From an uncultured Dehalococcoidales bacterium (GTDB lineage Bacteria; Chloroflexota; Dehalococcoidia; GIF9; UBA5629): a DNA stretch of 64,000 nucleotides. The stretch spans positions 1,541-65,540 of the forward strand of contig CAZJQG010000008.1 of NCBI GenBank assembly GCA_964548415.1, in the 5' to 3' direction. Made by a program: the position numbers and the translations under genes. The notes beneath the pieces were generated by a model. That model saw only the letters and a program-made list of their open reading frames with translations, was not told the origin of the DNA and searched no databases. Of the stretch, positions 34,107 through 43,381 are shown in pieces. Numbering within the stretch: the stretch's first letter is position 1; each line of letters starts with the position of its first letter.

Positions 34107-35362
34107 TGAGAATTCTGCATTTTGCTGACCTCCATCTGGGAATGGAGACCTATGGTGGCATAGACCCGGCTTCGGGATTATCGACCAGACTGGTCGACGT
34201 TCTTAAAGCCCTCGATGAAGTGGTTGATTATGCGGTTAAGCATAAAGTTGACCTGGTTATTTTTTGTGGTGATGCTTACAAGAATCGCGACCCTTCCCAG
34301 ACTCAGCAACGGGAATTTGCTAGACGTCTTAGGCGTTTATCTGAAAATGGAGTATCCGTTTTTCTGCTGGTAGGTAATCACGACCTTCCGAACGCCATAG
34401 GCCGGGCTAACTCTGTGGAGATTTTCGATACCCTATCCGTGGACAAAATATATGTGGGTAACCGTCCCGATTTGTATAAGATACCTACCGGAAGCGGTAC
34501 GGTACAGTTAGTAGCCTTACCCTGGCTTAAACGCAGTGCTTTGCTCAGCCGAGAAGAATCTAAAAATCTAAGCATAGAGCAGGCGAACGACCTGCTTCAG
34601 GAAATGATGACTCGAAGACTTGCAGACCTCGTGTCGGATATAGACCCCGATTTGCCTGCCATACTTGTCGGGCATGTGGCAGTATCGACGGCCAAACCGG
34701 GGTCGGAGCGGAGTATGATAGTTGGTAGAGACCCGGTTTTACTCTTGGGGAACGTAGCCTTGCCTGTTTTCGACTATGTGGCTTTGGGGCACATACACCG
34801 ACATCAAGTTTTAATGGAGAAGCCACCGGTGGTCTATGCAGGTAGTCTGGAACGTTTCGACTTCGGTGACGAGAACGAAGACAAAGGTTTTTGTATAGTT
34901 GACATAGAGACCTCCGGTAAAGAAAAGCACGTGAACCACAAATTCCATAAGGTGACCGCCCGCCGCTTCATTACTATTGATGTAGACATAGCTGCTGATG
35001 AATCCGACCCCACCGGGGTGGTTTTAAAGGCTCTTGAACAGCACCGGGCAGCTATAGAAAATGCCGTGGTCAGGGTCCACATAAGTCTTCCTGCCGCTCT
35101 GGACTCTTCCATTCGCGAAGCGGAAATAACCAAGGCGCTCAGGACTTCATACTATGCCGTAATCGCCAAAGAGCTAAAACAAGGGATGCGGCTTCGACTG
35201 GGCGAGTTGACTAGCCAAAGTTTAAGTCCGCTAGAGGCTTTAAAGATATATCTGGAGAGTAAAAAGGTGCCCCATGACAAGCAAAAAGTTTTGCTAAAAT
35301 ATGGGGAGCAATTGATATGGCAAGCGGAGCAAAGAATAGATGAAACAGTGGACGCTGGATAA
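34106..35362 (+). CDS. sbcD: SbcD/Mre11-family nuclease
   Basis: [12 protein letters not shown]...CGDAYKNRDP...GNHD...GHIH. The start overlaps the glyQS stop by 1 nt. Confidence 0.8.
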   Translation: MRILHFADLHLGMETYGGIDPASGLSTRLVDVLKALDEVVDYAVKHKVDLVIFCGDAYKNRDPSQTQQREFARRLRRLSENGVSVFLLVGNHDLPNAIGRANSVEIFDTLSVDKIYVGNRPDLYKIPTGSGTVQLVALPWLKRSALLSREESKNLSIEQANDLLQEMMTRRLADLVSDIDPDLPAILVGHVAVSTAKPGSERSMIVGRDPVLLLGNVALPVFDYVALGHIHRHQVLMEKPPVVYAGSLERFDFGDENEDKGFCIVDIETSGKEKHVNHKFHKVTARRFITIDVDIAADESDPTGVVLKALEQHRAAIENAVVRVHISLPAALDSSIREAEITKALRTSYYAVIAKELKQGMRLRLGELTSQSLSPLEALKIYLESKKVPHDKQKVLLKYGEQLIWQAEQRIDETVDAG

Positions 35363-37472
35363 TAGAATAAAAGTTCGCCTCGGAATCAGGACAAAAATAC
35401 TTATATTCTTCCTGGCTATGGCGTTAATGTCGCTGGGTGTAATAAGCTACACGGCTTTTAAGACTATCTCCGATATCAGCTTTCTGGTCAAGCAAAATAG
35501 TGCAGCGATGGGAGAACAAGTTGCCCGCCAGAGTATCTCAGCCCTGGAAGACCTGGGACGGACACTGATACAACGAAGAGCATTTTTTGTCAGCGATGAA
35601 ATAGGACTTTTCGTGCAGTACCATCCATACCTGGGGCCTTCTGAGTTGAAGTCAAATACTGAACTCCAGAGTATAGCTGTGCAACGTGTCGGTCAGACGG
35701 GTTCTACATTTGTCTACGATAATACGGGTTCCGTGTATTTCGATGCAGACCCGAAATTAGTCGGTGCAAACTTACTAAAAGTTGGTGGAGAGCCGGTTTC
35801 CTATGCGTCCATTGTAGAACGAAGTTTTAAGGGCGAGGCGTCCGGTTACTATGACTGGACAGATGCAAATGGCAACAACAGAGCAAAATACATGTACGCC
35901 GTTCCCATCGAAGGTACCAATTTAGTAGCTGCCGCATCCACTTACATCGACGAGTACTCAGCTCCCGCCGAGGAATTGGAGACACATATCAATGATACGG
36001 TGAAGGCGACAACCCAGGCTATAGATAAGCAGGTTCAGACAACACAATGGATTTTCACAGGTGTTTTTGGTGGCATGATATTGCTGTCCACCGCAGTCAT
36101 ATTTTTATTGTCAGGCGCGATTACTCGACCCATACTGGCGCTGACTAAAGGCGCCGAAGTCATTGCTAAGGGTGAGCTTGACTATAATATAAAGGCTGAG
36201 ACAGGTGACGAAATCCAGCAGCTGGCCGAGCAGTTCAACGATATGGCCAAAGCACTGAAGGAATCCTATACCGGACTGGAACAGAAAGTTGCGGAAAGGA
36301 CCAGGCAGGAACACCAGAGAGCTGAGCAGCTGCGTACGGTCAATGAAGTTAGCCGCAAAATCAGCTCAATTGTAAAACTGGATGAACTGCTCCCATATGT
36401 AGGCAACTTACTTCGCGAGACGTTTCATTACTATAACGTTAATATATATTTGTTGGAGCCCTCCTCCGGATCTCTTGCCCTCAAAGCACTCTGCCTGAGC
36501 GGTCAGAAGGGTGTCATACCGGTCGGGGTACCCTTGCAAGTAGATGAAGAAAGTATAGTCGGCTGGGTGGCTCAGACGGGTGAACCGATATTAGCCAATG
36601 ATGTCGGCGAAGACCCGAGGTATCGTGAGGTTGAGGCGCTCAGGGATACCAAATCGGAATTGGCGGTGCCGGTAAAGATAGGTAACAACGTTATCGGAGT
36701 GCTTGATATCGAGAGTACGGACGTGGATGCTTTTGGCGAGGCTGATTTGTACACCGCACAAACGCTGGCTGACCAATTGGCGGTAGCCATTGAGAATGCG
36801 CGTTTATACGATGAAACGAGGCAAATGGCTGTGATGGAAGAACGTAACCGCATGGCTAGAGAGATTCATGATACGCTGGCCCAGGGGTTTAGCGGTATTA
36901 TTTTGCAGCTTGAGGCGGCGGAACAGGCCATGAATAGCGATATACCAGGCTTGCAGCGACACTTAAATCAGGCTAGAAACCTAGCCAGAAAAAGCTTAGC
37001 TGAGGCAAGACGCTCTGTTTGGAACTTGCGTCCACAAGCCCTGGAGCAAAAGCCATTGTCCGATGCCATCAAACAAGAGGCAGATAAGTTCAGCCAGAAC
37101 ACAGGAGTACAGGTAACATTTACAGTTTCCGGCGAAAAGAGGGATTTGCCCGCAGAGGTAGAGGCAGGCATCCTGCGTATCTTCCAGGAGTCTATGACCA
37201 ACGTGAGAAAGCATGCTGAGGCTAGCAAGGTGGAGGTCAATTTGAAATACAACGATTCGGCGGCAGAGCTGACGGTTCGAGATAATGGCGTCGGTTTTAA
37301 ACCGAAAGTGACACCTGACGGAGATGCAGGCAAGAAGAAGAGCGACACGTTTGGTTTGATTAGTATGCGGGAACGGGCGCGAGGATTGGGCGGTACATTC
37401 GACGTACAGAGCCAGACAGGAAAAGGCACGCTGGTAAAGATCGTAATTCCTATGACCAAGGAGGTTTCATAG
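35340..37472 (+). CDS. Sensor histidine kinase (extracytoplasmic Cache-like domain, HAMP, GAF, HisKA_3, HATPase_c)
   Basis: Two TM segments flank a ~200-aa sensor domain. HAMP (...ITRPILALTKGAEVIAKGELDY...), GAF (...VGWVAQTGEPILANDV...), H-box REIHDTLAQ, and ATPase DNGVGF...GLISMRERA. Confidence 0.8.
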   Translation: MKQWTLDNRIKVRLGIRTKILIFFLAMALMSLGVISYTAFKTISDISFLVKQNSAAMGEQVARQSISALEDLGRTLIQRRAFFVSDEIGLFVQYHPYLGPSELKSNTELQSIAVQRVGQTGSTFVYDNTGSVYFDADPKLVGANLLKVGGEPVSYASIVERSFKGEASGYYDWTDANGNNRAKYMYAVPIEGTNLVAAASTYIDEYSAPAEELETHINDTVKATTQAIDKQVQTTQWIFTGVFGGMILLSTAVIFLLSGAITRPILALTKGAEVIAKGELDYNIKAETGDEIQQLAEQFNDMAKALKESYTGLEQKVAERTRQEHQRAEQLRTVNEVSRKISSIVKLDELLPYVGNLLRETFHYYNVNIYLLEPSSGSLALKALCLSGQKGVIPVGVPLQVDEESIVGWVAQTGEPILANDVGEDPRYREVEALRDTKSELAVPVKIGNNVIGVLDIESTDVDAFGEADLYTAQTLADQLAVAIENARLYDETRQMAVMEERNRMAREIHDTLAQGFSGIILQLEAAEQAMNSDIPGLQRHLNQARNLARKSLAEARRSVWNLRPQALEQKPLSDAIKQEADKFSQNTGVQVTFTVSGEKRDLPAEVEAGILRIFQESMTNVRKHAEASKVEVNLKYNDSAAELTVRDNGVGFKPKVTPDGDAGKKKSDTFGLISMRERARGLGGTFDVQSQTGKGTLVKIVIPMTKEVS

Positions 37473-38116
37473 TGGACGCGATTAAGATTCTGATTGCTGA
37501 TGACCATCCTGTGGTAAGAGAAGGACTAAATGCGATGTTGAGCCGGGAAACGGATTTCAAGGTCGTTGGGGAGGCTAAGGATGGGGCTGATGCGGTTAAC
37601 AAAGTTGCGGAACTGAAGCCTGATGTAGTGCTTATGGACCTGAGAATGCCGGAGATGGATGGGGTCGAGGCTATGCGCCGGATTCGTGAGGCCGACCCCC
37701 AGGTAAAATTCATTATCCTTACTACGTACAGCGACGACGATTATATATTCAGCGGAATAGAGGCCGGAGCCAGAGCCTATCTGCTTAAAGACGCACCCAG
37801 AGATGAGCTATTCAAAGCAATCCGCTCGGTTCATCGTGGTGAATCGCTTATACAGCCTGTGGTGGCGTCAAAGCTGCTCGACCGTTTCTCTCAGTTGTCC
37901 CGCCGGGCGCCCTCGGGTGAAGAACTTTCTGAAAGAGAACTGGAAGTGCTGTGCCTGATGGCAAAGGGTGCGGCGAATAAGGAAATAAGTGCGGAGCTCA
38001 ATATTGCCCAAAGCACGGTTAAAACGCATATCACGAATATTTTTCAAAAACTCGGAGTAAACGACCGCACGGAAGCCGTAACCCAGGCCATTAAAAGGGG
38101 CATAATTCGACTTTGA
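37472..38116 (+). CDS. NarL/FixJ (LuxR-type HTH) response regulator
   Basis: ILIADDHPVVREGL...VVLMDLRMPEMDG... plus LSERELEVLCLMAKGAANKEISAELNIAQSTVKTHITNIFQKLGV. Confidence 0.9.
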   Translation: MDAIKILIADDHPVVREGLNAMLSRETDFKVVGEAKDGADAVNKVAELKPDVVLMDLRMPEMDGVEAMRRIREADPQVKFIILTTYSDDDYIFSGIEAGARAYLLKDAPRDELFKAIRSVHRGESLIQPVVASKLLDRFSQLSRRAPSGEELSERELEVLCLMAKGAANKEISAELNIAQSTVKTHITNIFQKLGVNDRTEAVTQAIKRGIIRL

Positions 38117-38128
38117 AAATATCATCCG

Positions 38129-38144
38129 AAAGTACTAGTACTTT
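38129..38144. promoter_or_regulatory. Perfect 16-nt palindrome aaagtactagtacttt (candidate regulator binding site)
   Basis: Lies between the NarL-type regulator and the REC-only gene. The half-site cgaaagt recurs 22 nt downstream (38149-38155). Confidence 0.25.
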
Positions 38145-38296
38145 TCAATCGAAAGTCGTAGTTATTTATTCCGACATTTTGACCAGGAGAAACCAGCCGG
38201 TCTCCTGATGGTATAACTAGGTTGAGGCTGTAAACTAATTGCAACACACAATTATATATGCATGCCGTAGAAATAGGATTTGTTGCAGGAGAGAAA

Positions 38297-38698
38297 ATGG
38301 AAAAGATTTCAGTATTGATCGTTGATGACAATGAAGTGGTAAGAGAAGGGCTGAAGAGTATTCTTGAACCGCAGGCAGACATAGACGTTATCGGGGAAGC
38401 CGCCGATGGACTTGAGGCTGTGGCCAAGGCAGAGAAACTGAATCCAGATGTTATATTAATGGATGCTCATATGCCCGGAATGGACGGCACAGAGGCGACG
38501 CGCCGAATAAAGCGAAGCTTACCGGATGTAAAAATCCTTTTTCTAACGGTTTACGGTGATTATGTCGGTGCAGCGCTCGAAGCCGGCGCCAGCTGGTATT
38601 TAACTAAAGACTGCCGCCGCCAGGACTTGATGGAAGCTATCCGCGTGTTAGCCCGGAGCACCAGAGCTAAAGTGGAGAAAGCCAGCCGATCCCTATAA
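38297..38698 (+). CDS. Stand-alone receiver (REC) domain protein
   Basis: MEKISVLIVDDNEVVREGL...VILMDAHMPGMDG...KILFLTVYGD. No HTH output domain. Start moved to ATG 38297 behind AGGAGAG. Confidence 0.75.
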   Translation: MEKISVLIVDDNEVVREGLKSILEPQADIDVIGEAADGLEAVAKAEKLNPDVILMDAHMPGMDGTEATRRIKRSLPDVKILFLTVYGDYVGAALEAGASWYLTKDCRRQDLMEAIRVLARSTRAKVEKASRSL

Positions 38699-38710
38699 CT
38701 TTAAACCGTG

Positions 38711-39673
38711 TTATTTTAAATTTTCCAATACCTTATCGTACTCAGCCACAATACCTTGAATTATTTCCGCAGCCGTCTTTATTTCCTTTATCATTCCAGC
38801 AATAGCGCCGCAATACGCTTCACCATCCACCAGGTCACCCTCGAACTGGCCCAACCTGGATCTACTCTGGCTACCAATAAAGGCTTGTAGCTCTTCGGTT
38901 GAAGCTCCCGCAGCCTCCATTTCCAGAAGTTTGGACGATATCGGGTTTTTCAAAATCCTGGTTGGGCCCAGCTTTCTACCTGTGATGGCCGTGTCTGTAT
39001 CGTTGGCTTTTACCACAGCGTCTTTGAAATTCTGGTGTGCGGCTGACTCGCTTACCGCCACGAAGCGGGTACCCATCTGTACGCCGTCGGCACCCAGCGC
39101 CAGCGCGGCTACTACACCTCTGGCATCGGCGATGCCGCCGGCGGCTACCACCGGGATAGATACCGCGTCAGCAACCTGAGGCACTAGAGTCATGGTTGTC
39201 AGTTCATCCAGGCCGTTATGCCCGCCTGCCTCGTAGCCTTCTGCGATAACGGCATCAACTCCACGTTTTTCCGCGCTCTGGGCATGCCTGACGGCGGCTA
39301 CCAGATGAAGGACTTTTACACCGGCCTCTTTGAAGCGATTGGTGTACAGAGCCGGATTGCCCGCCGCTGTAACCGCCACTTTGACCTTAGCCTTGATGAC
39401 CACATCCACCAACTCCTCAATCTGGGGATTGTTCATTATGGGCAGGTTGACTCCGAAAGGTTTGGAAGTCAAACCTTTAGCTATTGCTATTTGCTTCTTG
39501 AGATTTTCAATCTGGTCGCCTCCGCGGCTCATACCGGCGTTAGGGCTGATTAATCCCAGACCACCTGCATTGGATACGGCTGCCGCCAGCTCCGCACCGG
39601 CAATCCACACCATACCTCCCTGAATAATGGGGTACTGAATAGCAAGCAGATCGCAGAGTCTCGTTTTTTTCAT
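38711..39673 (-). CDS. Nitronate monooxygenase / enoyl-ACP reductase II (FabK)-like FMN oxidoreductase (paralogue 4)
   Basis: IQYPIIQGGMVWIA...SNAGGLG...AEGYEAGGH...VAAGGIADARGVVAALALGADGVQMGTRF. Confidence 0.8.
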   Translation of the reverse strand: MKKTRLCDLLAIQYPIIQGGMVWIAGAELAAAVSNAGGLGLISPNAGMSRGGDQIENLKKQIAIAKGLTSKPFGVNLPIMNNPQIEELVDVVIKAKVKVAVTAAGNPALYTNRFKEAGVKVLHLVAAVRHAQSAEKRGVDAVIAEGYEAGGHNGLDELTTMTLVPQVADAVSIPVVAAGGIADARGVVAALALGADGVQMGTRFVAVSESAAHQNFKDAVVKANDTDTAITGRKLGPTRILKNPISSKLLEMEAAGASTEELQAFIGSQSRSRLGQFEGDLVDGEAYCGAIAGMIKEIKTAAEIIQGIVAEYDKVLENLK

Positions 39674-39744
39674 TGGCTTAATCTCCTTTATTTTATACGC
39701 GGTTTTTTATGTAGCTAGCAAGAACACTCTGGATGAATCCTGTT

Positions 39745-41445
39745 TTATTTGATTAGTTTGAACTGCAGCACGTCTACCAGCCCTTTATCAGTCAATCTAA
39801 GCTCTGGTATCACCGGTAGAGCGATAAACGAAAGAAGCGAAAAAACAACCGGAGGGATATTGCCTAGTCGCGAAGCTATTTTTTCTACCTTTTCAAATTT
39901 TTTAACAACAGCTTCCAGTGGTTCTGGGGACAACAAACCGGCTATAGGCAGTGGTAAGGCTGCCGCCAATTTGCCGTCTATGCACACCACCAGACCACCC
40001 TTAAGTTTTTCTATGCCTTTTATTGCTGTTAAAATATCCAGGTCGTTGGTGCCAACAGCCACGATATTGTGTGAATCGTGAGCAATTGAAGAGGCCAGAG
40101 CCCCCCTTTTCAGACCAAAACCCTTGGCCATACAGAGGCCGATTTGACCGCTTGCCCGGTGCCTTTCAACGACTACCAGTTTCAAAAGGTCCTCGTCCAG
40201 GTCGCATATGACCATTCCGTCTTTGGTCTTGACATTTTCGATTCTTTTTTTAGTTAGTATCTGGTCCGGAATAATCTCTATAACCGGGAGGCTCTCACCC
40301 CTCGTCACCAACTTCAGTGCTTCTATATCAAACGGTTTAATGCGAATGGTATCGGCGAGTTCCGCCTCCGCCGTTTTGAATGACGGGCCCAGGTATTTGC
40401 CTTTTTTGGCTACCAGACGGCCCTGGTAAAAGACCATATCTACGATAACTGAATGCAGGTCGGCAAAAGTGACCAGGTTAGCCAGATAACCGGGAGCTAT
40501 TCCTCCCCGGTCGTACAGGCGAAAATATTCAGCAGGGTTTATGGTAGCCAGCTGTATAGCACGTATCGGTTCCAGTCCTTTCTGGATGGCTTTTCTAACG
40601 ATATCATCTATGTCGCCCTCACGAAGCAAGTCGGAACAGCTGCGGTCGTCGACCACGAAGAAACAACGCTTATACGTTTTATCGTTGACCAGTGGTAGAA
40701 GCGCGTCTAAATTTTTCTCAGACGAACCTTCCCTAATCATGAGATGCATTCCGCGACGTAACTTTTCTCTACCTTCCTCCGTCGAGGTAGATTCGTGGTC
40801 CGAGTAAATGCCAGCGGCTATGTAGGCATTAAGATGCTTGTTAGTCACGTGTGGAGCATGCCCGTCTATCACCTTATTTCGAGCCACCGTTATTTTCTTC
40901 AGCACCTCTCTATCACCGTTGATAACGCCGGGGAAATTCATCATTTCACCCAGCCCGATGAAGTTGTGCAGTTGCAAAGCTCTGGCGATCTCCTCGGACT
41001 TCATTTCGGCTCCGCTCGTTTCCATCTGTGTTGCCGGCACGCAGGAAGGCGCCATAAAGAACATATCGAGAGGCAGTTTCTTTGCCCAGTCTATTACGAA
41101 TTTGATGCCTTGAAAGCCCGCAACATTAGTTATTTCATGCAGGTCGGTTACTACAGTGGAAGTCCCTCTGGGGACCACGGCATTCGAGTAATGTGCCGGA
41201 TGTAGCATTGAGCTTTCAATGTGTGTATGTCCGTCTATAAAACCTGGGGCTATATAACCCCCTTTGATATCTATGATTTCTTTGGCTTTAACATAACCGC
41301 CTATTCCAGCAATTCTGCCGTCGTAAATTGCAACATTACCTTCTTCTATGATTCCAACAAAGGTATTGATAATTTTGGCGTTCTTAATCAGCAGGTCGGC
41401 GGGGGCGTCCCCGCGGGCAACTGAAATCAGATTAGCTAGGCTCAT
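39745..41445 (-). CDS. ade: Adenine deaminase
   Basis: ...IAPGFIDGHTHIESSML... with the length and C-terminal domain typical of Ade. Confidence 0.85.
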   Translation of the reverse strand: MSLANLISVARGDAPADLLIKNAKIINTFVGIIEEGNVAIYDGRIAGIGGYVKAKEIIDIKGGYIAPGFIDGHTHIESSMLHPAHYSNAVVPRGTSTVVTDLHEITNVAGFQGIKFVIDWAKKLPLDMFFMAPSCVPATQMETSGAEMKSEEIARALQLHNFIGLGEMMNFPGVINGDREVLKKITVARNKVIDGHAPHVTNKHLNAYIAAGIYSDHESTSTEEGREKLRRGMHLMIREGSSEKNLDALLPLVNDKTYKRCFFVVDDRSCSDLLREGDIDDIVRKAIQKGLEPIRAIQLATINPAEYFRLYDRGGIAPGYLANLVTFADLHSVIVDMVFYQGRLVAKKGKYLGPSFKTAEAELADTIRIKPFDIEALKLVTRGESLPVIEIIPDQILTKKRIENVKTKDGMVICDLDEDLLKLVVVERHRASGQIGLCMAKGFGLKRGALASSIAHDSHNIVAVGTNDLDILTAIKGIEKLKGGLVVCIDGKLAAALPLPIAGLLSPEPLEAVVKKFEKVEKIASRLGNIPPVVFSLLSFIALPVIPELRLTDKGLVDVLQFKLIK

Positions 41446-41528
41446 AATTTCTGCCTCGATGCATCATATTTATTGTTTAGCGTTAAGCCCATAACCGGAG
41501 GATTGCGCCGGCTGAGGCCTTCAAATGT

Positions 41529-42047
41529 CTAATCAATAAAACCGATATCGCGTAGGTGACGAAATTGCTCGTTCCAGTCTATGCCGTAACCAACAACGAA
41601 TTTGTCAGGCACCTTAAAACCCAAATAATCAATAGTCACCGGGACTTTGTGCTGGGACGGCTTAGCGACCAGTGCACATAGTTTTAGCGACGCCGGTTTT
41701 TTCTTTCTTAAATAATCCATGATAAAGGAAACAGTCAGCCCGGTATCAACGATGTCTTCTACAACGATGACGTCTTTGCCTTTAACGGACGCCTTAAGTC
41801 CCTGGACAACTGCTACTTTTCCCGAGGTTCTGGTGCCCGCGCCATAACTGGACAATTTAACGAAATCTATCTCCACGGGTAGGCCAAGCTCACGGACCAG
41901 GTCCGCCATGAAAACGAAAGAGCCCTTTAGAATTCCGATGAGAAGCGGTTGCTTTCCATGGTAATCCTGCCTGATTTCAGTTGCCAGTTTGGCCACAGCG
42001 TCATGGATTTTTTCATGGGTTATCAATAGTTTGGGCTGCCGGGACAC
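41529..42047 (-). CDS. hpt: Hypoxanthine(-guanine) phosphoribosyltransferase
   Basis: ...LLIGILKGSFVFMADL... and the PRPP loop VIVVEDIVDTGLT. GTG start. Confidence 0.9.
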   Translation of the reverse strand: MSRQPKLLITHEKIHDAVAKLATEIRQDYHGKQPLLIGILKGSFVFMADLVRELGLPVEIDFVKLSSYGAGTRTSGKVAVVQGLKASVKGKDVIVVEDIVDTGLTVSFIMDYLRKKKPASLKLCALVAKPSQHKVPVTIDYLGFKVPDKFVVGYGIDWNEQFRHLRDIGFID

Positions 42048-42184
42048 GGCGTGATTATACCCGCAACTTTTCTTAATGTCTACAGGTCAATGCAAATCTT
42101 ATTTCGATAAGAAATACCGAGGTTGGGGACAATCCGGTTGTTTCGCGGCCGGGCAACCGAATCAAATTAGTGATTCTGGACAGG

Positions 42185-43351
42185 TTAGCGTTTGACTATC
42201 AATTTTTTAACTGCCTGTTGAAGGCCTTCTATAGTCAATTCGTACATAGGGAAGACCTTCCTTACCATGGCAACGGTTGGCTCATTCCAGTACGTTTTGG
42301 GTTCCGGATTTAACCAGACGCAGTGGTCGAAATGGTCGGCGATCTGCTTGAGACGGATTATGCCGGGCTTTCGGTTCCTCTCGTAGTAGTAGATTGCGCC
42401 GTATACACTATTAAGCTCGGACGGCGCCATCCAGGCATCCCCGACCAGTATTACCTTATAATCCGGATCGATATCCTGTATTAAGTGCTCAACTGTTTCA
42501 GCTTTACGCCATTCGATGTCACGGTAAACATAGTCATAGAGGCAGTTATGAAAGTAGTAATACTGGAAGTCTTTGAAGTGAGTGCTCCGATGCGCTGCTG
42601 AGAATAGCAGGCTGCATAACCGGGCGAACGGCTCCATCGAACCGCCTACGTCCATGAGCAACAGCAACTTTACTTTGTTCTTCCGGCTCCTGCGCCAGAT
42701 AAGCTCTATGTCTCCGGCGTTCTTGGCCGTGGCGTCGATTGTCTTGTTCAAATCGAGCTCGTCTTCCGGTCCGGTCCGGTTAAACTGTCTCAAGCCTTTC
42801 AATGCCACTTCGATTTGCCGGATATCCAGCGTTAAATCGTGCCGATAGTTGCGATACTGCCGTTGCTCGGCGATTTGAATGGCGCTTCTACCGCCGCCAC
42901 CACCTATACTGAAGCCGCTTGGGTTCTGACCTGAATGGCCGAACGGTGAAGTGCCGGCCCTGCCGATCCAATAGTCTCCTCCATCATGCTGTTCTGTCTG
43001 TTCTTGCAGCCTCTTTTCGAGCTCCCGGAGCAATGCATCGAGGTTCATGCTATTCAGCAAAGCTCTTTCTTCGTCGGTCAGCAGCAGCCTGTTAATAGGG
43101 TCCTTTAACCAGTCGAGTATTTCCTCAGTTATTAGGGGAGGTCCTTTTATACCCTTAAAATGTTCTTGAAAAGCAACGTCATAGTGGTCGAAGTAGGCCT
43201 CGCTTTTGACCAGTATAGCTCGAGCCAGATAATAGAAATCGTTAAGGCTGGTGATGTAACCTTTGGACAGTGCTTCCATAAATGTCATCCACTCGGTTAC
43301 AGAGACCGGTACTTTTCTTTCTCTCAGCGTGTAAAAAAAGCTGGTAAACAT
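42185..43351 (-). CDS. VWA-domain protein, CoxE-like
   Basis: N-terminus MFTSFFYTLRERKVPVSVTEWMTFMEAL... and the later ...LLLLMDVGGSM... (MIDAS-like DxGxS). Immediately downstream of the AAA gene. Confidence 0.7.
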   Translation of the reverse strand: MFTSFFYTLRERKVPVSVTEWMTFMEALSKGYITSLNDFYYLARAILVKSEAYFDHYDVAFQEHFKGIKGPPLITEEILDWLKDPINRLLLTDEERALLNSMNLDALLRELEKRLQEQTEQHDGGDYWIGRAGTSPFGHSGQNPSGFSIGGGGGRSAIQIAEQRQYRNYRHDLTLDIRQIEVALKGLRQFNRTGPEDELDLNKTIDATAKNAGDIELIWRRSRKNKVKLLLLMDVGGSMEPFARLCSLLFSAAHRSTHFKDFQYYYFHNCLYDYVYRDIEWRKAETVEHLIQDIDPDYKVILVGDAWMAPSELNSVYGAIYYYERNRKPGIIRLKQIADHFDHCVWLNPEPKTYWNEPTVAMVRKVFPMYELTIEGLQQAVKKLIVKR

Positions 43352-43381
43352 GAAGATGCCTGTCTTACGAGAAAATTAGTT

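Noticed and set aside
42048-42184. Purine riboswitch upstream of hpt
   Set aside because: The minus-strand spacer lacks the conserved purine-riboswitch junction sequences. It contains only a weak hairpin (ggttg...caacc) after the VWA gene and a TATAAT box next to the start codon.
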